From Octopus vulgaris (Eukaryota), in NCBI GenBank assembly GCA_951406725.2, contig OX597826.1, positions 39,494,001-39,558,000 on the forward strand: a stretch of DNA of 64,000 nt. The letters are read 5' to 3'. Every line of letters begins with the position of its first letter. Positions within the stretch are counted from its first letter, which is position 1. A program made the translations under genes and the position numbers. Positions 1 to 13,778 of the stretch are shown piece after piece. The notes under the pieces are model-generated. The model was not told the DNA's origin. It ran no database searches and saw only the letters and a program-made list of their open reading frames with translations.

Positions 1-408
1 GAGCTCTTGAATAAAGAAAAGAGTATAAATTTTAATAAATTGCAACTATAAATCAAAATAGTTCAAATCGAGGTCATCATCTTTGTATTTTCATAATTTT
101 TTGCTAAATTCAGATTTTTGTTTATCATAATTTTAAGACTTTCAAGACGTTTGAAGACAGTTTCAAGCCGTATTCTTTACTTTTATGGAAACCGATATTC
201 ATTTTTCCCCCTTTTTCGATTGATGATTTTTATTGATTATTTCTGAATTGTTTTCTTATTTTTGCTATTTTGTTGGGTATTTGAGTTTGTAATGTGATCA
301 GGACGAATATCATTTTTCACATGTTAAAATGAACCAGGCGACTGTAGAAATAGAAATACAAACTGCATAGTAAATAATTTTTAGTACGTTTATAACCAGC
401 ATTATCCT

Positions 409-409
409 A

Positions 410-502
<93 letters not shown>

Positions 503-602
503 CATAGGATAATGTATATATATATATATATATACATAGGATAATATATATATATATGTATATATATATGTGTGTATATAGCCATGTGCATGTGTATGCA
601 TA
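409..602. repeat. (TA)n microsatellite complex
   Basis: Direct reading. Confidence 0.95.
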
Positions 603-1295
603 TCTTAATAATACTAAAACACTAGAGATGTTTGTGTTTAAACGAAATATCTCAGAAATAGTATAGTTTATCTTAATTTATTTTTGCATATTTATTTTCA
701 TACTTACCTTCGTCAGTGTAGTACAATTTTTTTGTGATATTTGGACCGCCCCATTTATTTATGAAAACGATTAAACACAATTTTTGTTTCTTATTTCTTG
801 ACAAAAAAATCATAACTTCCGTGAAGTCAATACACATACATACAGAAAACACATATTATGAATGTCATGGCGTGTCAATCAACACAAATACACGTCCGCT
901 ATCTGTAACATATACACACATAGACTTTTTGACATACACAATGTTTCAATCATTTAGAAATATTTTTAACTGAATGTGATTTCAAAATGTAAGTTGTTTG
1001 TACAGTAAGTATTTATATTTTAGCTTTCTTTAAACAGCTCATTAATTCCATTAATTTTTTTTTATTTGTTTACATTCGTTTCAAACTTAAAGTGAGGAGG
1101 AAGTGAATGATATAAGTGTATATGAAATCGTCGTGTGTGTAAAAGAGATAGAGATAGTGAGTGAAGGAGTGTGATGTCATGTATACGTACATACATCAAT
1201 ACATATGCATACATATTTTTCTATGTACGTGTCCATGTTTGTATTAGGGAGAGAGAGAGGCAGTAAGTGAGTGAACGTGTGTGTTCTCATGTATA

Positions 1296-1364
<69 letters not shown>

Positions 1365-1823
1365 TCCATTTCATATACACGATTATACATCTTTCACTGT
1401 CTCCTCTCACTTTAAAAAAAATACATAAATATAAATATTTTATGGAAATTAACGAACAAAACCAACTGATCTGGATGACAGTTCTGAGAGTTAGAGCGAA
1501 AGGTTGCCTGCCCCAAGGGAATACTACTACAATTTGTTTTCGAGTGCATTCAACGTATCTCAGCTCCAAAGATGTGGCTGCTATTTCTAGCATGCACCTG
1601 TTACCATGTAACAGCTATTTGCGATAAAGGAGCCGAAATACCTATTACGTAGTAGCAAGGCGGGCAAGACGTAGCAGCCAAATGTTTCCTTTCATGAGGA
1701 AAGTAGCCATTTACGCGTTATTTCAATGACAATTTCGTTAAGACACGCGAAATAACATGGAAAAGAGAAAACCCACGAAACAAAGCACCGTTGTTGGGAA
1801 ACCAACGGATCACTGGTAGCCTA

Positions 1824-1872
<49 letters not shown>

Positions 1873-1934
1873 CAGTATATGTGTGTGTAAATATCTATGT
1901 ATAGTATGTGTGTGTTTATATATATATATATATA

Positions 1935-2235
1935 TCACTGTGACCGAGCAGGCTATCAGATGTTGCTACACCTCGCTGGTTACAATGCGCTTCGCATTGT
2001 TTTTTAGCCTCCAAATGACGCCACCCCGCTGGCTAAGCGAGCAGGCTTACAGAAGAAAGAGTGAGAGAAACTTGTGGCGAAAGAGTACAGCAGAGATCGC
2101 CAGCACCTCCTGCCGGAGCAGCGTGGAGCTTTAGGTGTTTCGCTCAATAAACACTAACAACGCCCGGTCTGGGAATCGAAATCGCGATCCTACGACCGCG
2201 AGTTCGCTGCCCTAACCACTGGGCCATTGCGCCCC
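1935..2235 (-). mobile_element. tRNA-derived SINE, family A, body type 2
   Basis: Reverse complement of the tRNA-like head ggcgcaatggcccagtggttagggcagcg...ggtttcgattcccagaccgggcg. Body shared with 53810-54098. Confidence 0.8.
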
Positions 2236-2608
2236 CCCCATATATATATATATATATATATTTATACATATATACACAGACAAAGACAAGCAATTAAAGA
2301 ACACACACAAAGACGGAAAGCGTCAGTGAAGAGGTCACAGATGTGTGACGAAAGATTTCCGGACAATGGACATAAAATGGAAAGCAAAGGCAAGAGAGAA
2401 ATTGTAAGCAAATAAACAAGTTACCGATTATATGACATAAGAAATAGTGGAAATTAGAATATGATATAAAGCGTGAATAAGTGGTAGAGGAAACGATGTC
2501 AAGAAGAAGAGCTGAAGCAGATGCTGATTTTAAATGGCATGTATGATAGCAAAAAGGATGTCGGTAACACAAAGATACCAGTTGCTGCCATATCTATTCC
2601 GAATGGCT

Positions 2609-2992
2609 GGAGGCGCAATGGCCCAGTGGTTAGGGCAGCGGACTCGCGGTCATAGGATCGCGGTTTCGATTCCCAGACCGGGCGTTGTGAGTGTTTATTG
2701 AGCGAAAACACCTAAAGATCCACGAGGCTCCGGCAGGGGATTGTGGTGATCGCTGCTGTACTCTTTCACCACAACTTTCTCTCACTCTTACTTCCTGTTT
2801 CTGTTGTACCTGTATTTCAAAGGGCCGGCCTTGTCACTCTCTGTGTCACGCTGAATATCCCCGAGAACTACGTTAAGGGTACACGTGTCTGTGGAGTGCT
2901 CAGCCACTTACACGTTAATTTCACGAGCAGACTGTTCCGTTGATTCGGATCAACCGGAACCCTCATCGTCGTAACCGACGGGTGCTTCCATC
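2609..2992 (+). mobile_element. Full-length tRNA(Arg)-like SINE, family A, body type 1, with TSD
   Basis: tRNA-like head with A/B boxes and CTCGC anticodon region. Flanking direct repeat attccgaatgg (2596-2606 and 2994-3004). Near-identical copy at 63008-63392. Confidence 0.88.
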
Positions 2993-3743
2993 CATTCCGA
3001 ATGGGAAAATTGCAGAATGAATATATCTCATAAGTTGTACGAGAAATAGATAATTAATTAAAACAATTTAAAACACTTTATATGATTAAGAAATTAAAAT
3101 TATTTAGAGCTGTTTATAAGGTTATTCATTTAAAACTTGGGATGTGAAATCTATAATAAATTGGGTTGAAATCAAGGTGGGTGTATATGAAAGTAGAATA
3201 GAGGAAGAGAGAAAGAACAATTACAGAAGGAGAGCAGGGAAAGATAGGAAGAAGATATTGATGGGATGCCTAATGTCCTTTATCAGAAGTTGACAATATG
3301 CTTTTAAAAATTAGAGAAAATCGATATGTTAAAAGAATAGTCTTGAGAAGTTACGCGGGCGGTAGATACAGGATGTTAAATTGAATTATTAAGGATAATT
3401 TTAAAATCATGCAACTTAAAATACAAGATAAAAAAGCATTTCAAAGTAATTCTAAAAACTAAAACTCGGCTTAACGTAATTAATGTTATATGACTATAAA
3501 GAGAATTTTTGTATTGTTCCGTTGTGCAAAGTGATACGTGAAATAAATATTTGTATGTGTGTGTGTGTGATTACAGGAAAAGCAGGGCTAACTCAGATGT
3601 AGAAGAGATCCCACTGTATGGTTAAGAAGTTTACTTTTGGGGTTCAGTCCCACGGTGCGGAACTTTGGGCAAGTGCTTAGCCGAAGCGTTGAGACTGGGT
3701 TTAGTGGACAGTAACTGAAAGAGAGACGCCGTAAATACACACA

Positions 3744-3786
<43 letters not shown>

Positions 3787-3799
3787 CTCTTTCCCAGAG

Positions 3800-5135
3800 T
3801 CTTGTAACGTTTGAATGCTTTAATCGCCCTTCTCTTCAGTCTCACCCTTACATGTGTCTGATGGCCACCAAAAATCTTCATTGTGACTGGATTTACACCA
3901 GTAAAGGATTCTCTCCACCTTTCGAGTATGCTTTTCTCCTTAGAGAGAAGAACTCTAGTAGAGTTCTTAATGGCAGGTACGATTTAAGATCAGAGTCCTG
4001 TTTAATCTCAAAGTCCGCCAGTGACTTAACCTGGGACTTTCATACTGTCTCTGCTGCAACCTTTCGTACCTCACTGTATATCATGCACAAAAGGGGTGAC
4101 CTGATTCCAAGCCAAGCTTTGTAAACACCCTGCTTTGCTCGCTCAGCATCTTTAACTTCCTGGTTAAACCAAGGGATTCCTTTATCAGCTGGTGTCACAC
4201 CGAGCCGCTTTCCCCCACAGCATTATACCAGCCGAACAAGAAACTTCCCAAGAAAAACAATCACCACTCCGTTTCGGCGTAGACAGTTTGTTCAAGAAAG
4301 TCTTTGAAGTTGGATGTAATAATATCTGCATATTTGTTTCTGATCCCATTATCTACTAGGATTTCCCATTTTACCTGTAAGCCGCACTAGACATACCAGT
4401 TTTGTAGGTTTTGCAGATAGTCTGTTGCTGTAGACAACGATGTGAAGATCAGTTGATAGCTCAGCCTCCCTCTCTACACGAACATCCAGCACAGGATCTA
4501 AGAGGTCCGAGGTGACAATAAAATGACCTGTGTTCCAAAGTATACATATACCAGGTATCCTTATGGATATCTTTGTGCTGGAAGAACGTGTTCATAATGA
4601 GAGCCAATTTCTAGCAAAGAAGTCTAGTAAGGCCTCGCCATTCGTGTGGAGTTCAAGGGCGCCATTCCTCACTGTCATTCCTTTCCACGCCCGGGGATGA
4701 TTGCCAACATGTACATAGAAATCTCCTAGTAAAATAAACGACTCAGTCTTCACTACAGGTAAAGCTGCAGTGACTTCGTCAAGCAAGAGTTTGTAATTAG
4801 CCTCTCTGTTTAGTGCATACATTTGGTTCATTCTTCAGCCTACGCGTCGGGAGGCAAGCTTTCTCACCAAGTGGGATCCATTGCATAATACAGTACAACG
4901 GCTGGGATCATGCGAGTACCTTCACTTCCATCTGCGCAGACAGAGTCCGCACCATACCTGAATAGTGGAATTTACACCCTCCATCCAAATCTATCGTACC
5001 AGAGCCATGGAAAGACCTATTGAAGACACCAACTATATCTATCCGGCAGCGTTTTGCCTTTTCTACCAGTTCCTGCTTTTTACCCTTAGGTGTAACACGC
5101 ATCGCTTTTGCTATCATTCTAGTCTCCCAGAACAA
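3800..5135 (-). mobile_element. Degraded non-LTR retrotransposon ORF2 (AP endonuclease region, RTE/CR1-like)
   Basis: Fragments KKQELVEKAKRCRIDIVGV, QMYA..., ILLGDFYVHVGN, NGEALLDFFARNWL and STDLH match AP-endonuclease motifs; multiple frameshifts. Confidence 0.8.
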
Positions 5136-5419
5136 GTTGTAAGCCTATTACTAGTGGAGACTACAATATATTTCTCGAACGGATTCCTCTACCTAAGATC
5201 CAAACGCGTCATATTTTAACCTTCGGAACGGACAATACGGTGTGGTTATTCTTTCGAACCCTTTTCATCTTGCAGGTTTTTGTGATCTTATTCGTGATAG
5301 GCACCAAGCGGGTATTTCTATTGTCTCGTGACAATATACAGGTTGCAGTGAATATATTGTCATCGAAATTAGGCAAAAGCAAAAATAACACTGACATGTC
5401 GCTTTAACAGATATATTTA

Positions 5420-6637
5420 CCAAAATTACATAAAAATATCTTGAAATACTAAAGAGTAAATTTATTCAATAAAATCGCCATTGGATTCAACCACGGCCTC
5501 CAGATGACTTTGGAATCTCCTGCAGCTCTTCTGGACGGCCTCCTTGTTTAAGTTGGTGAATGCTGCCATAATCCTTGCCTTCAGTTCATCTTTGCTGTTA
5601 CAAGGAGTTTTGTTGGTCTTTCGCTCAACTGCGCTCCACATATAATAATCAAGGGGTTTCAGGCTAGGGAGTTAAGTGGCCAGATGTTCGGGGTGATGTG
5701 GTCGTAGAAATTGTCTGACAGCCATTACTAGGTTCTCCTGCGTGTGTAGCATGGTGCAGAATCCTGTTGCCAGACATAGGGTCTTCCAACAGCCACCCTC
5801 TTGACCCAGGGTAGCACTACTTCCTCCTGGCACTTGATGTAGGTCTCCGAGTTGAGTCTGAGGCAGTATGAGAAAACGAATGCAGGCATAACGTCGCCAT
5901 CCCTAGTCATCACTCCAAACACAATGATGTTGACAGGATGTTTTATTTTTATCACTCTTGGTACATGTTTTGGGGACACGGCAAGCCGTCGGTTGTTCTA
6001 TGTGTTCAGCATCTGATCCTGGCAGAAATTTTTCTCGTATGAGAAAAATCAAAGATGTTCAGTTAGTGGGGATGCTTGAATTTGTTCAAAAGCTTCGTAG
6101 CACAGTTTTTCCTTTTGTTTTTGATGGCTTGGGGTAAAAATTGGACCTTTCACATCTTGTATGAGGAATACCGAATGTCTTCGTGCACTACCTACCGGAT
6201 AAGAAACCCAGACACTCCCATATTGCTGGTGATGGTCCTGATTGAATTGGAGTGTTCGTTGTCAATCATGGATCTTATCTCACAAAAACTTTAGTTCTTT
6301 TCTTATCAGTGCGATAAGTGTGAGTTTTCCGAGCTGTCATACATTCGTAATCACCATTTGACTCATTCAAATCATTCCGAATCCTGTGTACACTGTCGTC
6401 AGATTGACACTCAAATACTCTGAAATGTTCATATTGGAGTTTGTGGCGCGAATGCTAAGCGGTACAGTATGTCATTTCCAAATTTCTAGCAGAGTGAATT
6501 ACGTCATCGTGGTGTATTTGTCGCAGACAGTGCCCAACTGACCCTACTATAATTTGTAGTCGACAAATCAAAAACAAACAAAGCGCATGTACGAAATAAA
6601 AAATGTAAAATGGTGACAATTTACCCATTGCACCCTG
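5420..6637 (-). mobile_element. Degraded Tc1/mariner-superfamily transposon (maT/DD37D-like)
   Basis: KHPVNIIVFGVMTRDG...YIKCQEEVVLPWV...YVWQQDSAPC and a WP..S..NPLDY-like region. 5' end TA|CAGGGTGCAATGGGTAAATTGTCACC at 6637; the other TIR is not evident. Confidence 0.82.
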
Positions 6638-6667
6638 TATATATATATATATATATAATTTTAATAT

Positions 6668-6879
6668 AATCTTTTACTTGTTTCAGTCATTTGACTGCGG
6701 CCATGCTGGAACACCGCCTTTAGTCGAGCGAATCGACCCCGGGACTTATTCTTTGTAAGCCCAGTACTTATTCTATCGGTCTCTTTTGCCGAACCGCTAA
6801 GTGACGGGGACGTAAACACACCAGCATCGGTTGTCAAGCAATGCTAGGGGGACAAACACAGACACACACACATGCATAT

Positions 6880-6912
<33 letters not shown>

Positions 6913-7070
6913 CGACAGGCTTCTTTCAGTTTCCGTCTACCAAATCCACTCACAAGACATTGGTCGGCCCGGGGCTATAGCAGAAGACACTTGCCCAAGA
7001 TGCCACGCAGTGGGACTGAAGCCGGAACCATATGGCTGGTTAGCAAGCTTACCACACAGCCACCGACCGG
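6668..7070 (-). mobile_element. SINE family C (tRNA head, ccttgggcaagt CORE-like junction, internal microsatellite)
   Basis: Recurrent family: other copies or pieces at about 3610-3730, 13457-13790, 30240-30670, 34150-34300, 42640-43290, 48520-48940, 49960-50130, 54780-54848, 57375-57742 and 63465-63640. Confidence 0.85.
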
Positions 7071-9089
7071 CGCATTTTTTTGATAACAGTTGAGTGAACT
7101 CAGTAAATATATTGTACTTACATTCTTAAATTATCTTCTTCCCAGTTGAATAAGCTGATGTTGGAGGGATTAGGTTTAAGCATGTAAAAGAGTCTAACTT
7201 CAGATGCACATTGTATTCCATTCGATTCTCTACGGCTGCTGTCACATTTTCGCCATCGCTCGTCCTATAACGGGAAATTCTTTTTCTTTTTATCATAATC
7301 AAAGTGACACAGGAATGTACGGCACAATAGTCTTATGTCAAAATAACAAGCTAATGTCACGCAGTAACGTTACCCAATACAATGCCATACCAATGTGATA
7401 CAAAGTGAGATGCAAAACAGAGCACACAATGACCCAGAGTAACATGATTAAAAGAGAAGTTGGTGCAGTGAAGTCACGCATGAAAATGGCACGCGAAAGT
7501 GGTACACATAGATGGCACGCTAAAGTGGTTTACTAAAATGAGATCCTCAAATTTAATTAAGAAAGTCATTCTGAAGGTGAACGCGTCACATTTGCCATTT
7601 TCAGGTCCTTCAACATACATGATGTTCAGTTTGAATCTTGAGTGATATTCGTAGAAAATATTTGAAGGTGAAGTATTCCGGGAAGAAATATCTTGGAACA
7701 CAAAGGGTAGAAATAGGGAATCCAGGATTTAAGAAATGAGAAGAAAGCTAGAATGGGCTTGGTGGTACATATTAGTATACGCTTTCAAGCGAGTAGAAAC
7801 CTTTGATGTAGCAGGAAGGCGACAAGGACAAGATACAAGGTGCTTATTGGTTTAGTGTACTGTTTTTAAGAATTGTTTTGGTTTTGGATTTACTACAGAT
7901 ATAGAGAAGTACATAATCAGGAATAAAATAAATATACAATGCTTCGTATACAGTCAGATGATTAGGAACATGTAATCTGAATAACTAGGTGTGAGGTGCC
8001 AGCTACAATTACCATAAACAACTCTCGCCCGTTGGCATATACAGTATGACGTCAAATTGACTTCAGTACTATATCTTATCTTTCTTGAGCTCAATTTTGA
8101 AATGTCGACGGGAGAATATTATTACAGACGCAGAGCTATGAGCAAAACAATGAAACTCCCCTTTCCTCTCGAATTTATCTTAATGTAAAAATTGTATTGA
8201 GATAATGATTTTTTTTTTATATTTCGTTTTTGGATTTGATTTGCAAGATTCTTTATATGAGTTCGTGTGTTGAAGCATATTCTATTGTGTCTGGGGAGAG
8301 TCATTTTCTTTTTGTGCCTTATTATTTAACACACTCACCGGTAAAATTTCCACTTTTTTTCTTATTTTTATTGTCCTAAAATTTTCGTTGCGCCTTGCAA
8401 CCTTTTCAATAGTCTTGACTCTGTCCGTTATTTACACTGCGTTCCCTTTTGTTTGTTTGTGCGCATGTGTGTGGGTCAGTGTGTGTGTGCATGTGTGTGT
8501 GTGTGACTATACATGCATGCATGTACATATGTATGTATGTATGTGTGTGTTTGCCTGTGTATATATGTATATATGTGTGTGTATCCATATGTATATATCT
8601 ATGTATCTGTGTGCATCTGTATGTAAGTATCCTGCATATTTATGTGCTTGCATGTCCGTGTTTGTGAATTTTCTATGTATGTGTATGTGAGCATGTGTTT
8701 GTATATGTATGCACCTCTGTCTCCTTGTGTGTGCATGTATGTGTGTGTGTGTGTGTGTTATGCAACTATGTACCATGTTTGTATGTATGGATGTGCATCT
8801 TTATATGTGTGGATCCGTGTATCCATATATGTCTGTTCATATAGTCTATATTACCTATCCGTCTGTATATTGATCTGTTTATTTACATATCTATATGCTT
8901 ACATACAGAAAAATAAATAAATAAATAAATAAATAAATAAATTTTTTTTAAAAGTGCATACACACACACACTCGCACCCACATACATACATACATTTATC
9001 TACGTAACAGTCCACTAACTATTCTACTCTACCTGTGTAAACTGTGGGTATGGAGGTATGTTATTTACTGTGTATATTTCCTATTTAGC

Positions 9090-9950
9090 ATTGGGGAGGT
9101 TTCATTTATAAGGACGTACTCCCGTATTTGTCTGAGTACTGGGTCTTTTGGGTGCTTGGATAAGATGCAGATGTCAAGTTGACCCAAGTTACCGCCATGG
9201 TGGTCTTTGGCATGTTGGTAGAGTATGGAGGACTGTTTTCTGTCGTCATATTGTCTTAGATGTCATTTATCCGTTCCGCAATGCTCCTAGACGTCTCCCC
9301 TATGTACGTCATGTTCATGTCCTTACAAGCACCTTCTATGTATCTTATGCTGTAAACTACATTTCGAGTTCTACAGTTAACACCAGGGCTAATCCTACAT
9401 ACCACGCAGTTATCATTGGTGCATATGGTATTCTTGAAGGGGTACGTCCTACATAGTTGTGATCTGACGGAGTTCCCTGGCTTTTCAACAATCTTAATGT
9501 TGAGTTTGGTCTCCCTCAGAGCTTTTCTAAATCTACGGGCTAGCTCTCCATGGGCTGTGGCCTCTACAAACATCACTCCTTGATATTTGTCGGTTTTATA
9601 CCACGTGTTCGCCCTATTTGCTTTGTCACAAGTTCTTTGTATCCTATTCCATTCTTTGTTTCTATATCTGGTATCATTACATATAATGTTATATAATTTC
9701 TTTCTAGCCCCCCCCCGTATACACGAACCCTATCTTTCTGATCATATCCAGAGAACTGCATGCGGTATATGAAGTTCTGTATATGTTGTTTCATTTCATA
9801 GGGTTCGCATAGTGGGGACACATTGTTCATTATTCTAACTAGGTCTGCTATTAGTATGTTAATTTTCATGTTGTGTGACAAAGCTGAGTTCTTGTGAACA
9901 ACATATTTTGAAGTTACGGGTTTCATGTAATAAGAGTAGAGGAGCTGCAC
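9090..9950 (-). mobile_element. Penelope-like element remnant (RT C-terminus and GIY-YIG endonuclease)
   Basis: ORFs YSYYMKPVTSKYVVHKNSALS...SGY and C..NDNCVVC...NCRTRNVVYSI...C...YIGETSRSIAERI (GIY-YIG bipartite motif). Confidence 0.88.
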
Positions 9951-10875
9951 TCTATTGTTCCAATGTTCAAAGTTTTTTTATATTTATGATTTATGAAGAC
10001 ACAAGAAGGAAGTGGCAAAGAAATCGTATAGAAGCGCTTTTTAATTTTTTTCTCTTGGCAAAGTGTATGAAAAAAATTACATAGATATACATTGAAAAGG
10101 TTAGGGTATTCAATAAAGACAAGTGAGTAGAGTCACGGGTTAACAGTTAGAATCTAAATTTTGTAAATTTTTGAATCTACTTAAACACGTTGGAATCGTA
10201 AGTGAAATTGATAGAAACGGTAGTGATATATTCCCCTTTTGACATAAAGGCAGGTGTTGTGTATTTAAACAGCTGGTGTTGATGGAATAAATCATTATTC
10301 ACCTGGTACGAAAAGAGAAAAACAAACTCTATGCTATCGGGAATTTGAATGTCATATATTTGGAAGAAAGTTTTCAGGCCAGATGCGCTAGTTCGAACAA
10401 CATAGAAGCGAAGATAGCTGGTGCAGGTTAGTAGAGAACAACGATTATCATTGCTCAGATGCCGCCGGATTAGCATGCCCTCGCGGAGATTTTTAGTTCT
10501 GGGATTAAATATTAGAGTTTCCTTCCTGTAATAAGACGAAATGCTACTACAATGGGGAGAGAAGTGGTGGCTCAAGCCAAACGACCTATTGTACTGGAGG
10601 CTTACATGTCTGGATCTTTCTTGTTATTTTCTAAATTTATTCATGCGGCGACCATTCACGTTAAAGAAAACTGCAATGCCGTCATCTCTGTGCATCTTTA
10701 CAGAGACTTGGTAGTTTGCTGAGAGCGTTTGCCAGTTCCGTCATAGATTCTTTTGGAGTCTTTGAAAAAAGGGGCTCCGTGAACATAAAGCGCCGCTCAG
10801 CAGTCTTTATGACTCATACCAATGCTACTTATACAAGTAAATGTTTTCCTGAATTTAGAGTTCAATTATATTGAA

Positions 10876-11270
10876 CTAGCAGTATCGCCCGGCGTTGCTC
10901 GGGTTTGTAAGGGAAATAACTATATAAGCATTTTTAGAGATGTAAAGTATAATAGCCATCTCAATATGGTTAATCACAAAGGAGGGGGGTGTTACTGTAG
11001 CTTTTTACGTTCTGAGATTTAATAATAAATTTTTAGAGAGTTACTTCCCTTATATATGCACAAAATGCATTAAAAATGGGAAAAATTGATGGTAAATTTT
11101 TTTTTAAATCGTAGACTCATCGTAGACGCACGCTAATACCCAGAAGGGCTCGATATGAATCACGACTATAAGATACCCAGTTTTGGTTAATCTGCACCGC
11201 AAAATGTGGGAGTAGTTAGGAATCTAAATTGTAGGAGACAGACACACAACCTCACTTTTATATATAAAGA
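10876..11270 (-). mobile_element. Non-autonomous Helitron (395 bp)
   Basis: Minus strand begins A|TCTTTATATATAAAAG and ends with a subterminal hairpin (cccg...cggg) followed by CTAG|T; no TSD. Sister copy at 54365-54661. Confidence 0.85.
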
Positions 11271-11593
11271 TTAGATAAGTCTGCTTTATTTTCTATTGAA
11301 ACGTTTGATGACGGTGACCCCCAATTTCCCTATGCTAACCTCGTAGTATTTTTTAATTTTAGAGTCACATACGCGCATGCTTCATTTTCGAGAGGGTCAT
11401 TAGTGTACACATGAGTTTGAGTAGAAAATTGTTCTTAAAATTAATTTAAAATGATAATGTTTACACATAACAACATGCTCTACGAAGTCCAGAGGATTTT
11501 TTCTGTAGTTATAATCGTTTCTGTCTCTCAACAGGAGTAAGACTTTATTTATTTGGAGATCATACACCTGAATCAAATTATATAAAGATCTAT

Positions 11594-11826
11594 AAGGCGG
11601 CGAGCTGGCAGAAACGTTAGTACGCCAGGCGAAATGCGTAGCCGTATTTCGTCTGCCGTTACGTTCCGAGTTCAAATTCCGCCGAGGTCGACTTTGCCTT
11701 TCATCCTTTCGGGGTCGATAAATTAAGTACCAGTTACGCAATGGGGTCGATATAATCAACTTAATCCGTTTGTCTATCCTTGTTTGTCCCCTCTGTGTTT
11801 AGCCTCTTATGGGTAGTAAAGAAATA
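11594..11826 (+). mobile_element. SINE family B (core gcctttcatcctttcggggtcgataaattaagtaccag, resembling the Meta domain)
   Basis: Recurrent family: copies at about 13090-13310(-), 13872-14090, 22068-22288, 29755-29972(-), 29990-30180(-), 34400-34790, 36030-36253(-), 46316-46985, 57856-58046 and 59530-59665. Confidence 0.85.
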
Positions 11827-12488
11827 TATATAAAGATCTTTAAATTATGGGGAAATAATGATCTAGGCCATTAACGAGATAAGATAAAACAAAGATAAAT
11901 AAATGAAGGAAAACGGGAATAGAAAGGTAACAAGTTTACTTCGAAACCACGTGACCTGAGATGGCAATGAGCTCTACACTTTCTTTCAGACCTAGCAACT
12001 ATAAAAAAAAAACAAAAAACAAACAAAACAAACAAAACAAACAAAAAACATAAACAAAGAGACAAAACAAAACACCGCTTTCAATAAATTGGTTGTCATT
12101 TCCTGCAGTTTGCATGACCACTTAGAGGCATCCTGATTAGTTCGTCGTGAATGTCATGCTTTGTTGGTTTCCTGTGTGCGTGTGTGCGCGTGCGAATGTG
12201 TGTGCGTGTGTTTGTTTCTTTGTTTATTTGATTGTTTTCTTCTTTTTCTCCCTCCCTTTGTCTGTCTATTTCTATTTCTACTGTTTTCCCCTGTTTCTCT
12301 ATTTGTCTTTCACTCTCACCTCCTCCTCAGGATTGTTCCCCTTCTATCCCCTCCTCTTTAACAACTCGACTCTCTTTAAGTTTTTCTCTACTTTTTATTA
12401 CTCTTTGCTTCTTTATTTCTATCTGTCTGTTTGTCTATATCTCCCCAACTCTTTTTCTGTTTCTTATCTGGCTATCTATCTCTGTAAA

Positions 12489-12657
12489 GTTAATCCAAAC
12501 AAGAAAGCACAAAAAAACACAACAACGTGAGGACGTGGAACAAATATAGTATTATTGGACGCTCAGGAAAGAAGGAAAGAGGGAGGGTTTAACGTTTCGA
12601 GCGGAGCTCTTCGGAAACATAGGAGAAGGGAAGACAGAGGAAAAAAATTCGCCAACG
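12489..12657 (-). repeat. Penelope-LTR-like/retrozyme-like short repeat
   Basis: Near-identical to 58387-58590. Carries the same hammerhead-like motif with a 3-nt core deletion (12587-12618). Confidence 0.65.
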
Positions 12658-13664
12658 CTATCTCTTATCCCCCTGTTCACCTCAATATCTACAGAGAAAT
12701 CCAGTAAACCATTCCTTAAATCCCGTCTATTTGCTTTTTTCTTGTGGATAAGAGTAATGGCGTGGCAAGGCGGTCGGAGGTAGAGTGTTGCCTTTTTTCT
12801 CTCCTTTGCAGCATTTCTCATCCAGTTACAGATTAGTTCTTTCTTTCTTTCTTTCTTGTTTTCTTTAGTGCACATCAATAGACACACTTAACAATTGGCA
12901 TGATAGCGTCACTTGAAAGCAACTCTCACAGAACAAAACCTGCCATACAAACAAACGAGATAGAAACCACAAACAAAATAACGAAAATTAAGGCAAACAA
13001 GTAAACAAACATGACAGAATTTGCCGAAAATTTCAAATGAAAACTAAACATTTACACAAGAAGCTTTTATTAATAACAATATTGGCACAGACACGCTGAT
13101 TACACTAATATTGGTTTCAAATTTCTGCACAAGGCCAGCAAGCTCGATTATATTGATTATATTGACTCCAGTGCTGAACTGGTACTTATTTTATCGACTC
13201 CGAAAAGATGAAAGTCAAAGTCGACTTCAGTGGAATTTGAGCTCAGAATGTACAGACGGACGAAATGCCGCTGAGCATTCCGCCCGACGTGCTAACGATT
13301 CTGCCAGCTGGTTGATTGTTGTAACATTAGCATTTGTTCTTGTTTATTCCTGTTTTTGTTTTTATAGAAATATTAACTCTGGGCTTCTCTTTATTGTAAT
13401 ATTAACATCAACCTTTTAGTAATACCCTACTTGTAGATAGCATATAGTTTTGATATCTCTTTTACTCTTTTACTTGTTTCAGTCATTTGACTGCGGCCAT
13501 GCTGGAGCACCGCCTTTAATCGAGCAACTCGACCCCGGGACTTATTCTTTGTAAGCCCAGTACTTATTCTATCGGTCTCTTTTGCCGAACCGCTAAGTGA
13601 CAGGGACGTAAACACACCAGCATCGGTTGTCAAGCAATGCTAGAGGGACAAACACAGACACACA

Positions 13665-13778
<114 letters not shown>

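Noticed and set aside
310-601. [18 protein letters not shown] and ERERER ORFs here and throughout the window
   Set aside because: Translations of dinucleotide microsatellites; no coding signal.
2609-2685. Possible tRNA-Arg gene (also 63008-63085)
   Set aside because: The acceptor and T stems are imperfect, and it continues into a repeated body with a TSD, so it is a SINE head.
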